Assembly (NCBI RefSeq): GCF_002105155.1
Contig: NW_019029006.1
Location: forward strand, 124,001-188,000
Source: Lobosporangium transversale
Lineage: Eukaryota
Reading direction: 5' to 3'
Length of the DNA: 64,000 bases
Shown: positions 29,829 to 42,878 of the stretch, piece after piece
How the letters are laid out: each line of letters starts with the position of its first letter
Numbering within the stretch: position 1 is the first letter of the stretch
Notes under the pieces: model-generated
Database searches by the model: none
What the model was told of the DNA's origin: nothing
What the model saw: the letters and a program-made list of their open reading frames with translations, nothing else
Translations under genes and position numbers: made by a program

Positions 29829-30316
29829 TTATCTTCCTGTCAGGCTTCAATGATTCCTGCACAGAATGATAAAAAAGGGTGCGTGAGCTTTTTAAAATGA
29901 TGAGGACGCAACAGAGGAGATGGACAAAAAGAAGTGAAGAGTGATAGCACAAGAATGTCATTCGCAACAAAATGATGGACACAAGAAGAGGACCGCTTCT
30001 GTAACCTAAAGTCACACACTTATTACATTATAAATATTATATTTATATAAATGTATATATATATATCTCCATATAGTGTCGTTTGTCACACTTTCTAGTA
30101 GATATCATACATCTAAACAAACATCGCCATTTCTCTCCTCGACCCAGCATCATGGATCCTTGTCGAAAAACAAGAATGCGCCGAGCAACTGAAAAAAATA
30201 AAGATTGTGAGAAAGTAGAACCATCTTCAGATGTTGTGTTCTGTTTCCTTTTCCGCAATTTCCTGAAATACTTTCCTTCGTTGTTTTCAGACCAGACCAT
30301 TCCACTGCCCATACCT

Positions 30317-30347
<31 letters not shown>

Positions 30348-33080
30348 CATACTCAAATGGCCAGACCACAAATGAAAACATTGGATGAACGAATTTTATT
30401 TTGTCAATCTCATGTGCCCAATGATGTGAACACTACAAAACAAAAGGAAAGCTTGTCCTCGCTTTGATTGCTAAGCAAATGCTCTTTTTTTTATATTTTG
30501 TAATACACAAAATTATAGAGTTGTCGATACAGTAATGTAAACCCGTCTCCCTCTATTCCATTTTAGGGATTTATCCAACAAATGAATATTTTAATGAACA
30601 TTAAAATGAATTTTTAAATGAACGCAAAATGAAAGTGAAAGAATAAAGATGGAGGTCGAGATCCCTCATAAGCCTAGGCAAGGGTCATTTTTTTTTACGA
30701 GAGATAGTCTAAGCGGTTGATCCTATTCATATGACATTAATAATCTAAAGGCTATTCTGCATGCGGTTTCAATGAATAATCGATCTCTCTTTTTCTTGAC
30801 TTCATGGACATATTCTCAAAATTAAAAGGAGAATAAATATTATATAGTAACAGCTGGGCCAAATGCACCCAACGAGGCAGGGGAAAATAAAATAAAAAAA
30901 AAAATAAAAAAAAAAGAGAATGAGAACAAGTACACAGAGATCATAGGATCATGCACTTTTCAAGGCCACTTATCCAACTATGGCTACTCTAATCATTGCC
31001 AGGAGAAAGACGGATTCTCCACCCATCACAAATATATTATCTTGTAAATGAAGGTGAGAAAGAGAACTTTGCATAGAAAAATAGTGCTGAGCGGCAACTG
31101 CACATTGAGCAAAAAAAAACTTGTCCACCAGAGCAACTGAGTATTCTGGGTAATTTTTTTTTTTTTTTTTTTTTTTTTTGGTATCCGCTCACAGATATGA
31201 TATGTGTACAAGCAATAATATCTGCATCGGCGCTTAGGTCCAAAAGAGAAACATGGCGGCTCATCAAACCATCGAAAAAAGGTTTGTTTTGTAACCCACA
31301 AAGTATATGAATATTTCGAGAGATCCACCTCCTTTTTTTTGTGTAATGTGTTGATCGCCACTGCCTTCCCTTTATTATATATTAACTAGGCTACTCTAAA
31401 TTAGCCTGAAGAATATTATTCATGTAGTCAACATGTTACAAGCAGCAAAAACAAGGGCGTGACAAGAAACAAGGTTTTTTTTTGTGTTTAGAAAAAAAGT
31501 GGAAAAGAGAGAGAGAGAGCAGAACGGCCAAGAGCTGCCTACTGTGCTAGACAAGAAGAAAGAGATCATTAGAGGCTGAGAGCGTGTCCAAGAAGGGAAA
31601 TCGGAATGTATGCATTTTCAAAGGCAAAGAATCTTGCAGGATAAAGACTTTTGTCCCAAGGAAAAAAGACACGCATTTCTGTTTGTCGGAAAACACCAAC
31701 ACATCTGATGTTTGATGCTTAAAAAATATTGGATCACAAAACCTTTTTGAACATCTGGTTTGTGTTTTTATTTTTGTGGGGAAAGAAATGCTCAGTGATT
31801 TATAATAGCACCATGTTTGTAGACGACATTGTGTGTTCATCAAGCATATCCATATACATGCTGTATCTCTTTTCTCCTTTGTTTATGAATTAAAGTTCAA
31901 AAAACAAATATGCATGCGCGTTTTTTTTTTTCTTTGTGCAAGCCAAAAGTCATCATCGTGCGGAACTAATCTCATAAATCTGACCCTGCGTTTTGCCCTA
32001 CTAAAAAGAAAAAAGAAAAGGGTTGTCAGAAAGGTCATGACCAACCTTTATCTCGCCCCCGAGTACTGTAGAAAAGTAAAAAAAATAGGAATAGCCGAAA
32101 ACGTCTTTTTCCATACCTTTCTGTGCCAAAAGCAACTGCACAAAGAAGAAGATAGGGAAGTCAAGCTGTTGAGCGGATAAAAAAAAAAAGGGCTTATGCA
32201 AAGCTGACTTAAAGACTGAAAATAGGATGCGTGTGCATAAAAGCAACTATTGACATATTCAGTTACATTGATACGACACAAGGAGTAATATCTATTTCAT
32301 TTGTCACTCAAGAGCATTTTTGGCAGTGATCATATTTATTTACTGAATCCATACTGACTGGCGACGTTCAAATGAGCGGTTGTGGAAGAACACGAACAAG
32401 GGAGAAATCGCCACAACCGATCTTATTTTCTTATCGCTTAATATATTATATTAAACCACTTGTGTGTTCGTACTCTATCTGACTACTAAAAGAAAGTGAA
32501 TTGGATAACAGGGGTTTTGTGTCCGTAAATGACTATCCAAATTTCTCCTTAGACAACAACCATTCCTTTTCAACGTTTATCAAGCAAAAATAATGGCTAT
32601 CAGAACGTATTCAAGATGCGTGTGCTCAAAGGAAGGTTATATAGACCTTGACCCTGCCTGATCTGCATTCAGGCAAACAAATATCAATCTTCTCAGCTTC
32701 ATAATACCAAAATACAGTAAAAAACAGGTTCAAATCTTCATACTCGCCCGCCATGATTCCTTCATGTTTTGTCTAGGGGACAGAGAGTACAAAAACGTAG
32801 AAGTTGAGCACAATGCAGCATAAAAAAAAACAATGCACCATCACCAAGAGAGAGCCTCGTTGTAAGAATGAATTTTTACATTTATTTTTATACACAGCTC
32901 ATAACTGATTGCTAAGTCTATTGTAAAGCGCAATGGCTGAGATAATACGGCACTTCATAAAAAAGAAGGTTTTATTATTGAGAGCCAAACGTCAATAAAG
33001 AGAGATGAACATCGCTCAAACAGCCAACCTTTGGCTCATTTGCATGAAAAAGAAAATAAATCCGGTTACGGTCACAGTTG

Positions 33081-33113
<33 letters not shown>

Positions 33114-33840
33114 GCCCAAATACACACCTTGATCTTTATCACAGATGCTTCGCTTTTCTTGGCCATCATCAAATCTCAAATCTCGTTTGGTCTAATCGGG
33201 AAGAAGGAAAGTAACCAACTGCTGCATGACATGTGGGTGTGTGAACTACCATTCTTTTTGCAAGACGCGTCTTACCACGGCACGTGTATGTACTTTTTTT
33301 TTTTTTATGATCCTGCATGAGCTTTGTCACCCTTGTTGCATCCCGGAAAAAAAGAAAAAGAAAAACAAATAAACAAAAGATATCCTATTTACAAAGACAC
33401 GTTTTTTACGACCAAGGATGGACTAACGACATTTTTTATTTTTATTACTGTGATCCATGCTCTCCTTTACCGATAAAATCTTTAGTCTAACCCCTATACT
33501 ACATTGCGGAACACAAAAGAAAGGAAGAGAGCGCTCCGTTGTGCAAATATCTTACTCAAGACTGCTCGAGATCGCCATACAGACATAACGCTTTTTTTTT
33601 GTTATCGTTGTTTAATTCCTATTGATGCTGTTATCATTTTTTGTCGGTCTTATCATCAACACATACTGGAGACACTTATTGAATATATAGTAACAACCTG
33701 CTAAACACTTTTTTTATTATCAGTTTTCGTCTAGATGATTGATCAGTATAGAGGTCCATGTTTACCAAGGAAAAAATAAAAGGCCGTGTACTCGATAAGC
33801 AAATACTTTGACAGGATCTAGCAACGGGCATTCCTTTAAT

Positions 33841-34639
33841 TTATTTGCTCTTGCTCTTGCTCTTGCTCTTGCTGGCCTTGGGAACAGTAATGGTGATGGA
33901 CTTGCGTTTAGCAAAGAGTTCGTGGCCATCAGCATCATTCTGTCTGGGGAACTCGCCGATAACAGAGGTTCCAGGACCATAGTTAGCAATCAAAGGTCTA
34001 ACACCCTTAAGCTTGCCTCCGTTCTTGCCATTGATCTCAATATCGACACAGTTGGAGTATAGCTCACGATTACCGATAGCATTGTTCCACAACCACATGA
34101 AGATGGCCTTGCCCGAAGGAGCATCCTTGGGGATCTTGACGTTCACAGAGTATTTCCCTCCATTGGGAACATTACGAAGACAGTCACGGACCAAGGTCTG
34201 GATGACAACCCAAGTTTTACCTTCGTCGTATGACAAAGCCCATTGGCAATGTCCGCCACCGTGAGCAGCACCGATCTGATACTCGGTCTTGATAGTCTGA
34301 CCGGCCTTGTAGAAAGCGCGCTTAGATTGGACATCGGTATTCTATTTTGAAGGTTAGGAGGAATAGGTTGAGTAAATGGGTTAGCGATTCGAAAAAAAAA
34401 AAAAAAAAAAAAAAAAAGTCACGTTGTCAAACTCTTAGTAGTACCTTGCACAGAGGACGACCGATGTGGTCGTTGGTACCAATGGGCGTGGTGATGTCAT
34501 AGTCAATGGTCGAGGCCTTGGGGCATCCAGCGAAGGGAGCGCCACGAGGGCAGGGGGACCTGAGGGAGACGTGAGCCTCAGAGAAGACAGTGAGACAAGC
34601 CACAGCAGCAGCGATGATGGCGGTTTTAGAGAAGATCAT
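33841..34639 (-). CDS. Secreted AA11-like lytic polysaccharide monooxygenase (2 exons)
   Basis: Signal peptide ends SEA and is followed directly by His1 (HVSLRSPCPR). AAHGGGHCQWALSYD and WLWNNAIGNRELYSNCVDI motifs are typical of AA11. Intron ~34343-34444. Confidence 0.8.
33845..33874 (-). repeat. Hexamer repeat (AGCAAG)n encoding the SKSKSKSKSK tail of the LPMO
   Basis: Forward strand reads tttgctcttgctcttgctcttgctcttgct. Confidence 0.9.
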
Positions 34640-35172
34640 TTTCGCGTGTAGGTTTTTTTTTTGAGGAGGGCGAGAAGATTGAGAAGAAAGTTAAGCTGCG
34701 AAAGGAAGAGGCGTGTGAGGATGAGGATCGTTTTATTCTTGAGTCTCTGCAAGAGTGAGGGCTACGTTTAGTAGTTGGAAGGTGGTTGGAGTGTTTGACA
34801 AAGAGACAATAAAAACGGGGAGTTGTGGTTCTTTTATACTTATTCCGGAGTGCTCAACTCTGGTTCCTCTAGTTCATGATTGAACACTACTTCGTTCATA
34901 TTGAATGAGATTGTGGAGTAGGAGACAATTACAACCGCTTTTTCAACCAATAATTGCATTGAATCTCCAATGTACCTTGGAAAGAGGAATGAACATGGTC
35001 TCAAATGTCCCTTGCAGATCCAAGTAATTTCTGCAATATTACCCTCAATGCTCTCAGCCATTGTCGAGGTTTGAAAGTATAATATTGGCCTAAATTATGA
35101 AAAAAAAAAAAAAAAAAAAAAAAAAAGAAATGCTCACGAAGGATATTGACTATCGTAACAATGGCATGTACA

Positions 35173-35207
<35 letters not shown>

Positions 35208-35816
35208 CTCATTTCCCATTCTTCGGCAAGGTATATAATGTCTTTACTTCTAGAGCAGCTATGATGTTCCAGTTTTTCTTCTTGTGCTCTGAAGCACAAC
35301 GATCGTGATACTAAATATGCAAGCCATATTCTAGGCAATCAAAAAATCTCTTTCGTAACGGTTAATGTACATAAAAAGCGCAAGCATGGACGATCCTTCT
35401 GGGAATGTAAAGCTGCTGTGCTGCCCTAGTAACTGTTTACAGTGCGGTGCGCCATGAAGAGCTAAAAAAGAATTTCATCAAATATGGACCAATGGTTTTG
35501 AGCAGCTCGGGAAGGACAATGTCAGAGAACGCCCTCAGGTAGCAATGTCTCATAGTTATCCTCAAAATAAGTTGAACAAAAAAGAGACATGCCTCATAGA
35601 ATTATTCGTTTTATGACAAAGAGGAATGAAGATGGAAACCCCTTTTATCTTGTACACCCGAACATGTGTATATCTGAATTCCGATATCAAATAAAGATGA
35701 ACCTGCATTATCACATTTATCGCAGTTCATTAAATTATTGCAATCTGCAACAAAGCTCAGTGGAAAGGGAGCTGTCACTCATTTTAGAGCACAATTGTGC
35801 TTGCTTTACTTTCAAG

Positions 35817-35853
<37 letters not shown>

Positions 35854-36450
35854 TAAGCTGAAAAAGCCTCTGGACGTAATTACATCTCTGCACCAAAGAC
35901 TAGCTCATTCAATACAAACAATACAAGATAGAAAGTCTGAGAGTAATATATTAAGTTTGAACTTTACGAGACCATTATTGATCCAATACAAGACTTACTT
36001 CCAAGGTGTTCATTCCTTGCTTTGTCTGATACAAAACTGGATAAAAACAATGCATGCAAGGGACTTGAGAATAGAATTGCTTTACTTCGTAATTTCTTTA
36101 TATTCAGCTCATGCTCAATCTAATATTAAAGAACAAAATTGCAATTTGGAAAAGAAAAGGTCTTACACACCACTGATTATATTACTGTGAATCTTCTTAA
36201 TTCATTATTTACAAAGCCTCTTGAGAATATTTTCTTCCTGATGTGCCAACTACATCTGCATCCCGCTTCCGTGCTTCTTTCGATTGGTTCTTACATCTTG
36301 TTCAGGTTCCAAGCTCAATCTAACTTTTTTAAATAAGAAAATAAATAAAAAAAAAAAAAAAAAAAAGTCTAGAGGCATCCTCATCCATGTGCTATTCATG
36401 TACTGTACCATTCTCCCTCCATGGTTGTTCGCAATTATTAGCTTCTCGCT

Positions 36451-36488
<38 letters not shown>

Positions 36489-39050
36489 TACAGGTTTGAT
36501 TACAATTGTTTTAAAAAAGGTTGGATGACTTTGATATAATAAATTTAGCATACTGTGGTATGGCCCGGTTCAGATAATAAATTTCTTTCGCCGAAAGCAC
36601 TATTGTAATTTACACAAAAGCCTGCCATTTCAAAAACGAATCCTCAGTTAGAAATCTTTCAGCCGGCATACAAAACCAATGCTTTAGATGTTAGAAATAA
36701 AAGCGCAAGGCCAATCTTTGCTACCCGTAGAATATATTTATTTATAATTGGGTGTGGCGCTTTCAAGAGGACTTCTTTAATTGCGACAAAGTCAGTATCT
36801 ACACAAAATGGGTGGCTAATTCGATGCTTACGGAATGGCTTTTAATCCTTAATTAATCCTTTCAGAATTTCAACACGCTCCACTCATTATAGATTATCTC
36901 CTCACTTCCTACCGTTGGATCAGTGAGAAAAAATCTACGGCCCCAGAATGCTACAGTGAGACACTCCGACTGGATCTGTTATGTTTCCAGGAGCAGCCTC
37001 TGTTGACTGGGAAGCCTAAATCGCCAAGGGTTAGTCAAAGTCAATCGAAATTGCTGCAGCGTGTTTATATAAGAATGGCGTATGGTTTCCGGGCATTACT
37101 TTGCATCGACTCTATCTTGTCATAAGGATAGGAAGGCGTTCTCTTTCTAAAACATCAGATCTCCTGTCAATACTATAGGTGTTATTTAATTTTTTAACTA
37201 AGCCTTACGATAATTATTTTCTTTTTCCCACCTATCTTCTTATTATTTTTTCTAAAATGACGCGAATGCTTCTTGATAAGTAGAACGATGCTCTATATAA
37301 AGGAGTTCAGCATCGTTCAACTAAGAAAGCGTACGGGCCACTCGCGAATATCAAAGACTAGCTGTAATTGAACTGCATAGGTTTGCTAACTTACTAAAGT
37401 TGCTCAAAGCAAGTCTTTGCAGGCCCTTCTTGTTGCCCAATAGTATGAGTCTAGTAATGCTATCCCCCTTCCTGTACCTAACACTGTAGTCCAGTACGGC
37501 ATAGTTTTTGGTATTTATACTACCAAATACATTGCAATGCTATTAATATTTAAATTCATATCCAGTTGCTCGGAATGAGGATGATACTTTCGCATATACT
37601 GTACAGAGGGACAGTCGTGTCTTCCGTCGTTCTTCCTTTCAAGGCAACAGGCATAAGATAGGCTAGTGATCATTGATGTTGTATTGTCGATGCTACAACC
37701 TGTGAGGATTGGTAAGTAGCGTTGAATTCCTAATAGAGCTGAAAAAAAAAAAAAAAAAAAAAAAAGAGAGAGAAGAAAGGATCCTGGTTAGTTGTTCAAC
37801 CGATGATTAATTAGCTAAAGTAATAAGGACCTGATTAGTTTGTAAAAGAAATATTCACTAGGTTTCATGAGAGGGAAAAAATTTGAGATAGCCCGACCTT
37901 CTTCTTGCTGGGATTAGAGACATTGAATACTCTGAAAAGAGTTTGTTATAGGCTTCTGGCCCTTTCGCTAGCTCCTTTTAACGCTTGATTCCTTAGAATT
38001 GAAAGGGTGCCTTTTCCTTGATGAAAAATGTGATAAGCGTTGGGGGGCGTATAATGTCTAGCAAAGAAGCATGCTTTTGCAGTTACCTCAGTCACGTATC
38101 AGTATGTTTCCTGTGCCTGTATATGTAGGCATTTGCCCCTGGGTTTAAAGGCATATATTTATGATATCCGCGACCTTTTTGTCTTGATTCTGACCCTTCT
38201 GATCTTAGCATACCAATCAAGACTAGCAAGGCTTGATGGTTTTCAAAAGCGCATATAGGCTCCGTGTTATGGCGCAGAGCAAGATGCTTTATTTAAAGGC
38301 AATTAGCCAGCATGTAGAGATATATATATTCTTTTGTAATATTAAAGCTTTAGTTTGATTTGAGGTGACAGCTAAAAAAAGTGACCCAAGATGGTTCAAA
38401 ATCGCGTAATTTGGCTGTCACCAAGCCACGAATGGATTAAGGCTATCCATGTTCTGTACACTAGGATAGGATGACGGTGCAATGTACATACTCGGGACTT
38501 GTTTTCATGCTCCCTCAATTGCCCTTACTCTAGCAACGACATTTTTGGTTGGCAGTTCAAATATCATGTCAGGATGGCGTTTTTTTTACAAAACTGGAGG
38601 AAAGTCAGAGTTTAGCCTGTTGCTTTCTGAAAAGCACTCGCAATACACACGTTTGTGTCACTTTTTAGTGAGTGCTCTTTTTAGAATGAAATGTCGTGAT
38701 TTATATCCTAGAATTGTTCATTTCAAAATAGTGCCTATCTCACAGTACACAAATGGCGCGTATAGATATACTCCATCCGTCCATTCCTTCTGTTGCGCGT
38801 AGGTATCACAGTTTCAGTATAAAAAGGTTTGGTATTGATTCCAACCTTCTTTTACACTTTGTCTTTTCAAAAATAAATTAAAATAAGTCTACTTCCGTAA
38901 CAAAAGTAGTTCCTATTGACCTTGCTATACCTTTATATCAATATAGCTTCACTTCCCCTTTAACCATCAGCTCCCAACCACAGCCCCACTTTCAACCTCA
39001 GCCTCACTCCTTGACTTTCATTGCCCTTTTACTCCTTTTAGGAAGTCACC

Positions 39051-40246
39051 ATGGTTAGCCCTACTGTTGTCGAGAATGGTATTGTCGTCTCTGCAGGCGA
39101 AGAGGACTCTACTTTGGCGGATCGTAACACCCATGCTACCCGTGTCGCTGGCAAAAACGCTGATCCAGAAAAGAAGGCTCTTTTCGCCAGCGTCACAAAG
39201 CGTATCGATTACTCGCCCAAGCTTGGAACCGAGTTGCATGGCATCAAGTTGTCAGAGCTGACAGAACAGCAGAGTGAGGAGCTCGCTGCCTTAATCTCTG
39301 AGCGTGGTGTCGTATTTTTCCGCGACCAGGATGATTTAAACTATAAGGAGCAAGTCAAGCTTGGAAGACGTTGGGGTAAGGAAATAAGAAACAAGAAAAA
39401 AAAAGATGAAAGAACAAAGGATGAAGCTATTTTGTCAATGGCTAACTGGTTTTACGGTGTTTCCATCTTGCGGTGACAGGACCCCTTCATGTTCACCCAT
39501 TCGTTGCCAGGAATCAGGAGAACCCTGAGGTGATTGTTTTGGACTCTCGCTTGAGCCCTCCGACACGCTTCAATACCAACGATTCATGGCACTCCGATGT
39601 CTCATTCGAACCCGCCCCTGCCTCGTACTCAATCCTTAAGTTCGAGGAAATTCCCGAGTCCGGTGGTGACACCATTTGGTCGAACGGCTATGAGCTCTAT
39701 GACGACCTTTCTCAGCCTCTCAAGACTTACCTTGAGAGCCTCACGGCGACTCATTCATCCGATATTTTCAAGCTTTTGGTCCAGACTTACGGGCGTAAGA
39801 CATTTGGTAGGCTAAATGATTCGGTTCACCCTGTCATCCGAACTAACCCTGTAACGGGGTGGAAATCCGTCTTTACAAACCCAGTCTTCACCCGCGAAAT
39901 CAATGGAGTGCCTGCGTCAGAGTCCAAGTGGATTCTAGAGTATTTGAGTGATTTGATTGCCAAGAAATTGCAGTACCAAGTTCGTTTCCATTGGGAGAAA
40001 AACAGTGTTGCCATCTGGGATAACCGTTCCACTTTCCACACTGGTGTACCCGACTTCAAGCCTTATCGTCGCAGGGGTGTTCGCGTGACAGTCTCGGGTG
40101 AGCATCCTTACTTTGATCCTAGTAGTGGAACACAGGCGGCTGCCTGGGAGAGTACTGCAAAGCTCATTGTTGCAAAGCAGGAGGCAGCAGATAAGGCAAA
40201 AGCTGGGGCTGAGGCTGAGGCAAATGCATCCGCAAAGACCGCGTAA
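39051..40246 (+). CDS. TauD/TfdA alpha-ketoglutarate-dependent sulfonate dioxygenase (JLP1-like), 2 exons
   Basis: ERGVVFFRDQ, WHSDVSFE (HxD), GGDTIW, HPVIRTNPVTGWK, WDNRSTFH. Confidence 0.93.
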
Positions 40247-40433
40247 AACACAAATAATTAAGAGGAATGAGATTTTATCGGCCAGTAAGAATAGGTCAAC
40301 ACCCTCTTTGTACATATTCTACTCTTTTTTGGTATTGAATAATAAAGTATAGAGTGCTTTAGCAGTATATATATATATAATTTTTTTTTTTTTATTTTTT
40401 TTTTATTGGGTGTTCTAGAGATCAATATCTGCT

Positions 40434-42155
40434 CTATATCCACACCCAAGAAGATCCATAACCACCTTTTACCCATCCACGACTTAAACCATGCTTTACT
40501 CTACTGTTAGACGAATTATTAGAGCCTGGGAGAGCAATTTTACGAGGCTCAAGTACATCGCAAAGATCTTCTATGCTTCCAGTACCACAATTGCCATGTT
40601 CATTCCATCCCCATGCATAGCAATCACCTGACCGGGTCATAGCCAAGGTATGTTCTGATCCACAGCTGTATGAGACAATTTCTTCACAAGTATCTTCCCT
40701 ATTCTGCGCATTGTCTAGCGTTGGTGTCGATCTTGAAGTTGGTATTCGCACTTGTACAATGATACTTGATGGTATTACCTGGCTTGTACCGCTCAGATTT
40801 ACATTCACAGAAAAATAGGGTCTACCGCTGCCGAGCTGTCCATGATCATCTCTTCCCCATAGATAAATGCATGAGGACCCACCTTGTGTAAACGGGCGCG
40901 TGTCCATAGCAGCATTATGATTCCAGCCACAAGATATTGAGTCAACATATGGCAAACCATGGACACACTCAAATCCAATCCTGAAGTCTTTCCCCAGTAC
41001 TGATGATAATGATGACGCAGATGGAGAAGCGGAGGATGAAGAGGGACCCAATTGGCCGTACTTGTTCAAGCCCGAAGCGTAAACAGTGCCATCTGAAAAC
41101 AAAACCAAGGAGTGGTTCTGCCCACAAGCCATATCTAGGATCTCTACTTCTGGAACCGAAAGCTTGGAGATCAGAATACGGGTTGGCTCCATAAATTTCC
41201 CGCGTAGCTCCTTTTCTGTAAAAGACAAGGACGATGGCTGAACATCGCCTACTACGTCTGTGTTTGATGGTCGCTCGAGAATGCCGAGTTGCCCCTGCCG
41301 ATTACTACCCCATCCTACCAAGAAAGTTTTACTTTTTCTGCTGTTATTGCTGTTGATTGACTGATCTCCTTGCATAGCGGTTTTTTCCTCCTTGGCCAAA
41401 AGTAATACATGTCTCAGCCCAGCTTTAACCTTGAGAATTTCCAGCGGATATGAATTTGAATTTTTGTTCAAGAGTCCCGTCTCAATTTCAATAGCTTTAC
41501 GACCGGATTTTGTGAGATGAGGTCCAAGTCCAAGTTCACCAAAAGAGCCAGAGCCCCAAGCAAAGACCTTGGATGTTGCCTTCTTTTCATTTGCTATAGT
41601 CCCCTCAATATCATCGTTGGCGCCATTGACGAGTTTTGATTCAAAATAACCAGGTTCAGTAACAGCAATTGTAAATGCCCATCCACAGGCAATGGATCGC
41701 CATCGCTGTTGATTTTGATGTTGGTATCGATCCTTATGCCTTGTTTTGTCACCCCATTGCTCTTCACTCTCCTCTTCCTCCTCTCCCTCCCCAGACGGGA
41801 AGGCTGTTCTATTGGCATGAAGCGAAAACACCTGTGAAGCTTCTGAGAGAAGTGTCTCACAGTCTTTGTTGGATCCTGTCATGTAGAGTGTTTGATTTCC
41901 TCGAGTTATAATTGCCGTATGGTTTCCACCTGCTGCAAAGTCAATGAATGGTGAATTCGCAGCATGATCATGGCCTTGGCACTCTCCACGTTGTCCTTGT
42001 TCATATTGTTCCCGATGTTCTTCCTGTTGCCAACGAGTATGAAAAGAAAGAGATGGAGCAAAAAGCACAGGTTGCGGTATGCTCATGTCCTCATTAGATC
42101 CGATTCCGAGCTGACCATTCCCATTTGAGCCGAATGCATACAGAGCACACGCCAT
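40434..42155 (-). CDS. ATS1: RCC1-repeat protein Ats1/Kti13/SERGEF-like (single exon)
   Basis: LYAFGSNGNGQLGIG N-terminus, repeated GxNHxx / WGxNxxGQLG blades, CGSEHT, WGWNEHGNCG, C-terminal GGYGSSWVW. Confidence 0.8.
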   Translation of the reverse strand: MACALYAFGSNGNGQLGIGSNEDMSIPQPVLFAPSLSFHTRWQQEEHREQYEQGQRGECQGHDHAANSPFIDFAAGGNHTAIITRGNQTLYMTGSNKDCETLLSEASQVFSLHANRTAFPSGEGEEEEESEEQWGDKTRHKDRYQHQNQQRWRSIACGWAFTIAVTEPGYFESKLVNGANDDIEGTIANEKKATSKVFAWGSGSFGELGLGPHLTKSGRKAIEIETGLLNKNSNSYPLEILKVKAGLRHVLLLAKEEKTAMQGDQSINSNNSRKSKTFLVGWGSNRQGQLGILERPSNTDVVGDVQPSSLSFTEKELRGKFMEPTRILISKLSVPEVEILDMACGQNHSLVLFSDGTVYASGLNKYGQLGPSSSSASPSASSLSSVLGKDFRIGFECVHGLPYVDSISCGWNHNAAMDTRPFTQGGSSCIYLWGRDDHGQLGSGRPYFSVNVNLSGTSQVIPSSIIVQVRIPTSRSTPTLDNAQNREDTCEEIVSYSCGSEHTLAMTRSGDCYAWGWNEHGNCGTGSIEDLCDVLEPRKIALPGSNNSSNSRVKHGLSRGWVKGGYGSSWVWI

Positions 42156-42878
42156 GGTTTATATTGAATTTGTCTTCGTTACAAAAAACAGAATTGTAAT
42201 GACTTGACGAGAGAAAGAGCTAGTGAGAAAAACTTCGCCATAATCAATGTGGCTTTAATACCTCAAAAAATATCATTCCTGACGATTTTGTAAGTTGCAT
42301 CTAAATATCGACATTCTATCATTCTATCTGCAAGCACTCTTGTTTCTCTCTTCACAATAAGACTAACAGTAATAAATGAACACAAGGTCTTTTAGAATTC
42401 CATAGAAACTTCGTTGTTGGCACAGTGAGCATCCTTCCCAAAGGAGGGTTGAGCATTGAAAGAGTTCAACGGTTGCGTTCCTATTGGCCCAGCACATCCA
42501 CATCCACATGCTGCTCCTATCTTTTTCCCACAGCACTTCAAGTGAGCAAGCAATAAAGAAGAGATGAACACAAGAAGTGCTGAAAGGCCGATCTGCGCGC
42601 TGACAGCCCGTTGGCTACTTGTGTTCACTATTTACATGCAAATACATGTATATTATACACCTTGTTTTGTTGTTGTCCTGGGAATCACACAAAGACTGAG
42701 TTGGACCAATAGGCGTGCTGCTGGAACCTTATCTTCTGTCTACTTCGTTTGCCTCTTCTCATCTCTCTTTCTTTCTTTTTCTTTCTGATTCTTTTCACTT
42801 TGCTCATTCACTCCTCTCTGTCAAAACAAGTTTCTCCCCTCAACTCAAGTGAACAAAGAAGCAACAACTCAAATAGGC

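Noticed and set aside
32720..32755. GGTTCAAATC...CCA tRNA T-loop-like motif
   Set aside because: No T-stem pairing or cloverleaf.
29112..33704. Many short ORFs with poly-K/poly-F
   Set aside because: Translations of homopolymer runs in intergenic DNA.
36500..38400. Possible decayed gene or transposon between the LPMO and TauD genes
   Set aside because: No recognisable motifs or termini in the frames I translated.
38260..38765. ATGGCG half-sites upstream of the TauD gene as CYS-3/MetR elements
   Set aside because: None matches the full ATGRYRYCAT palindrome.
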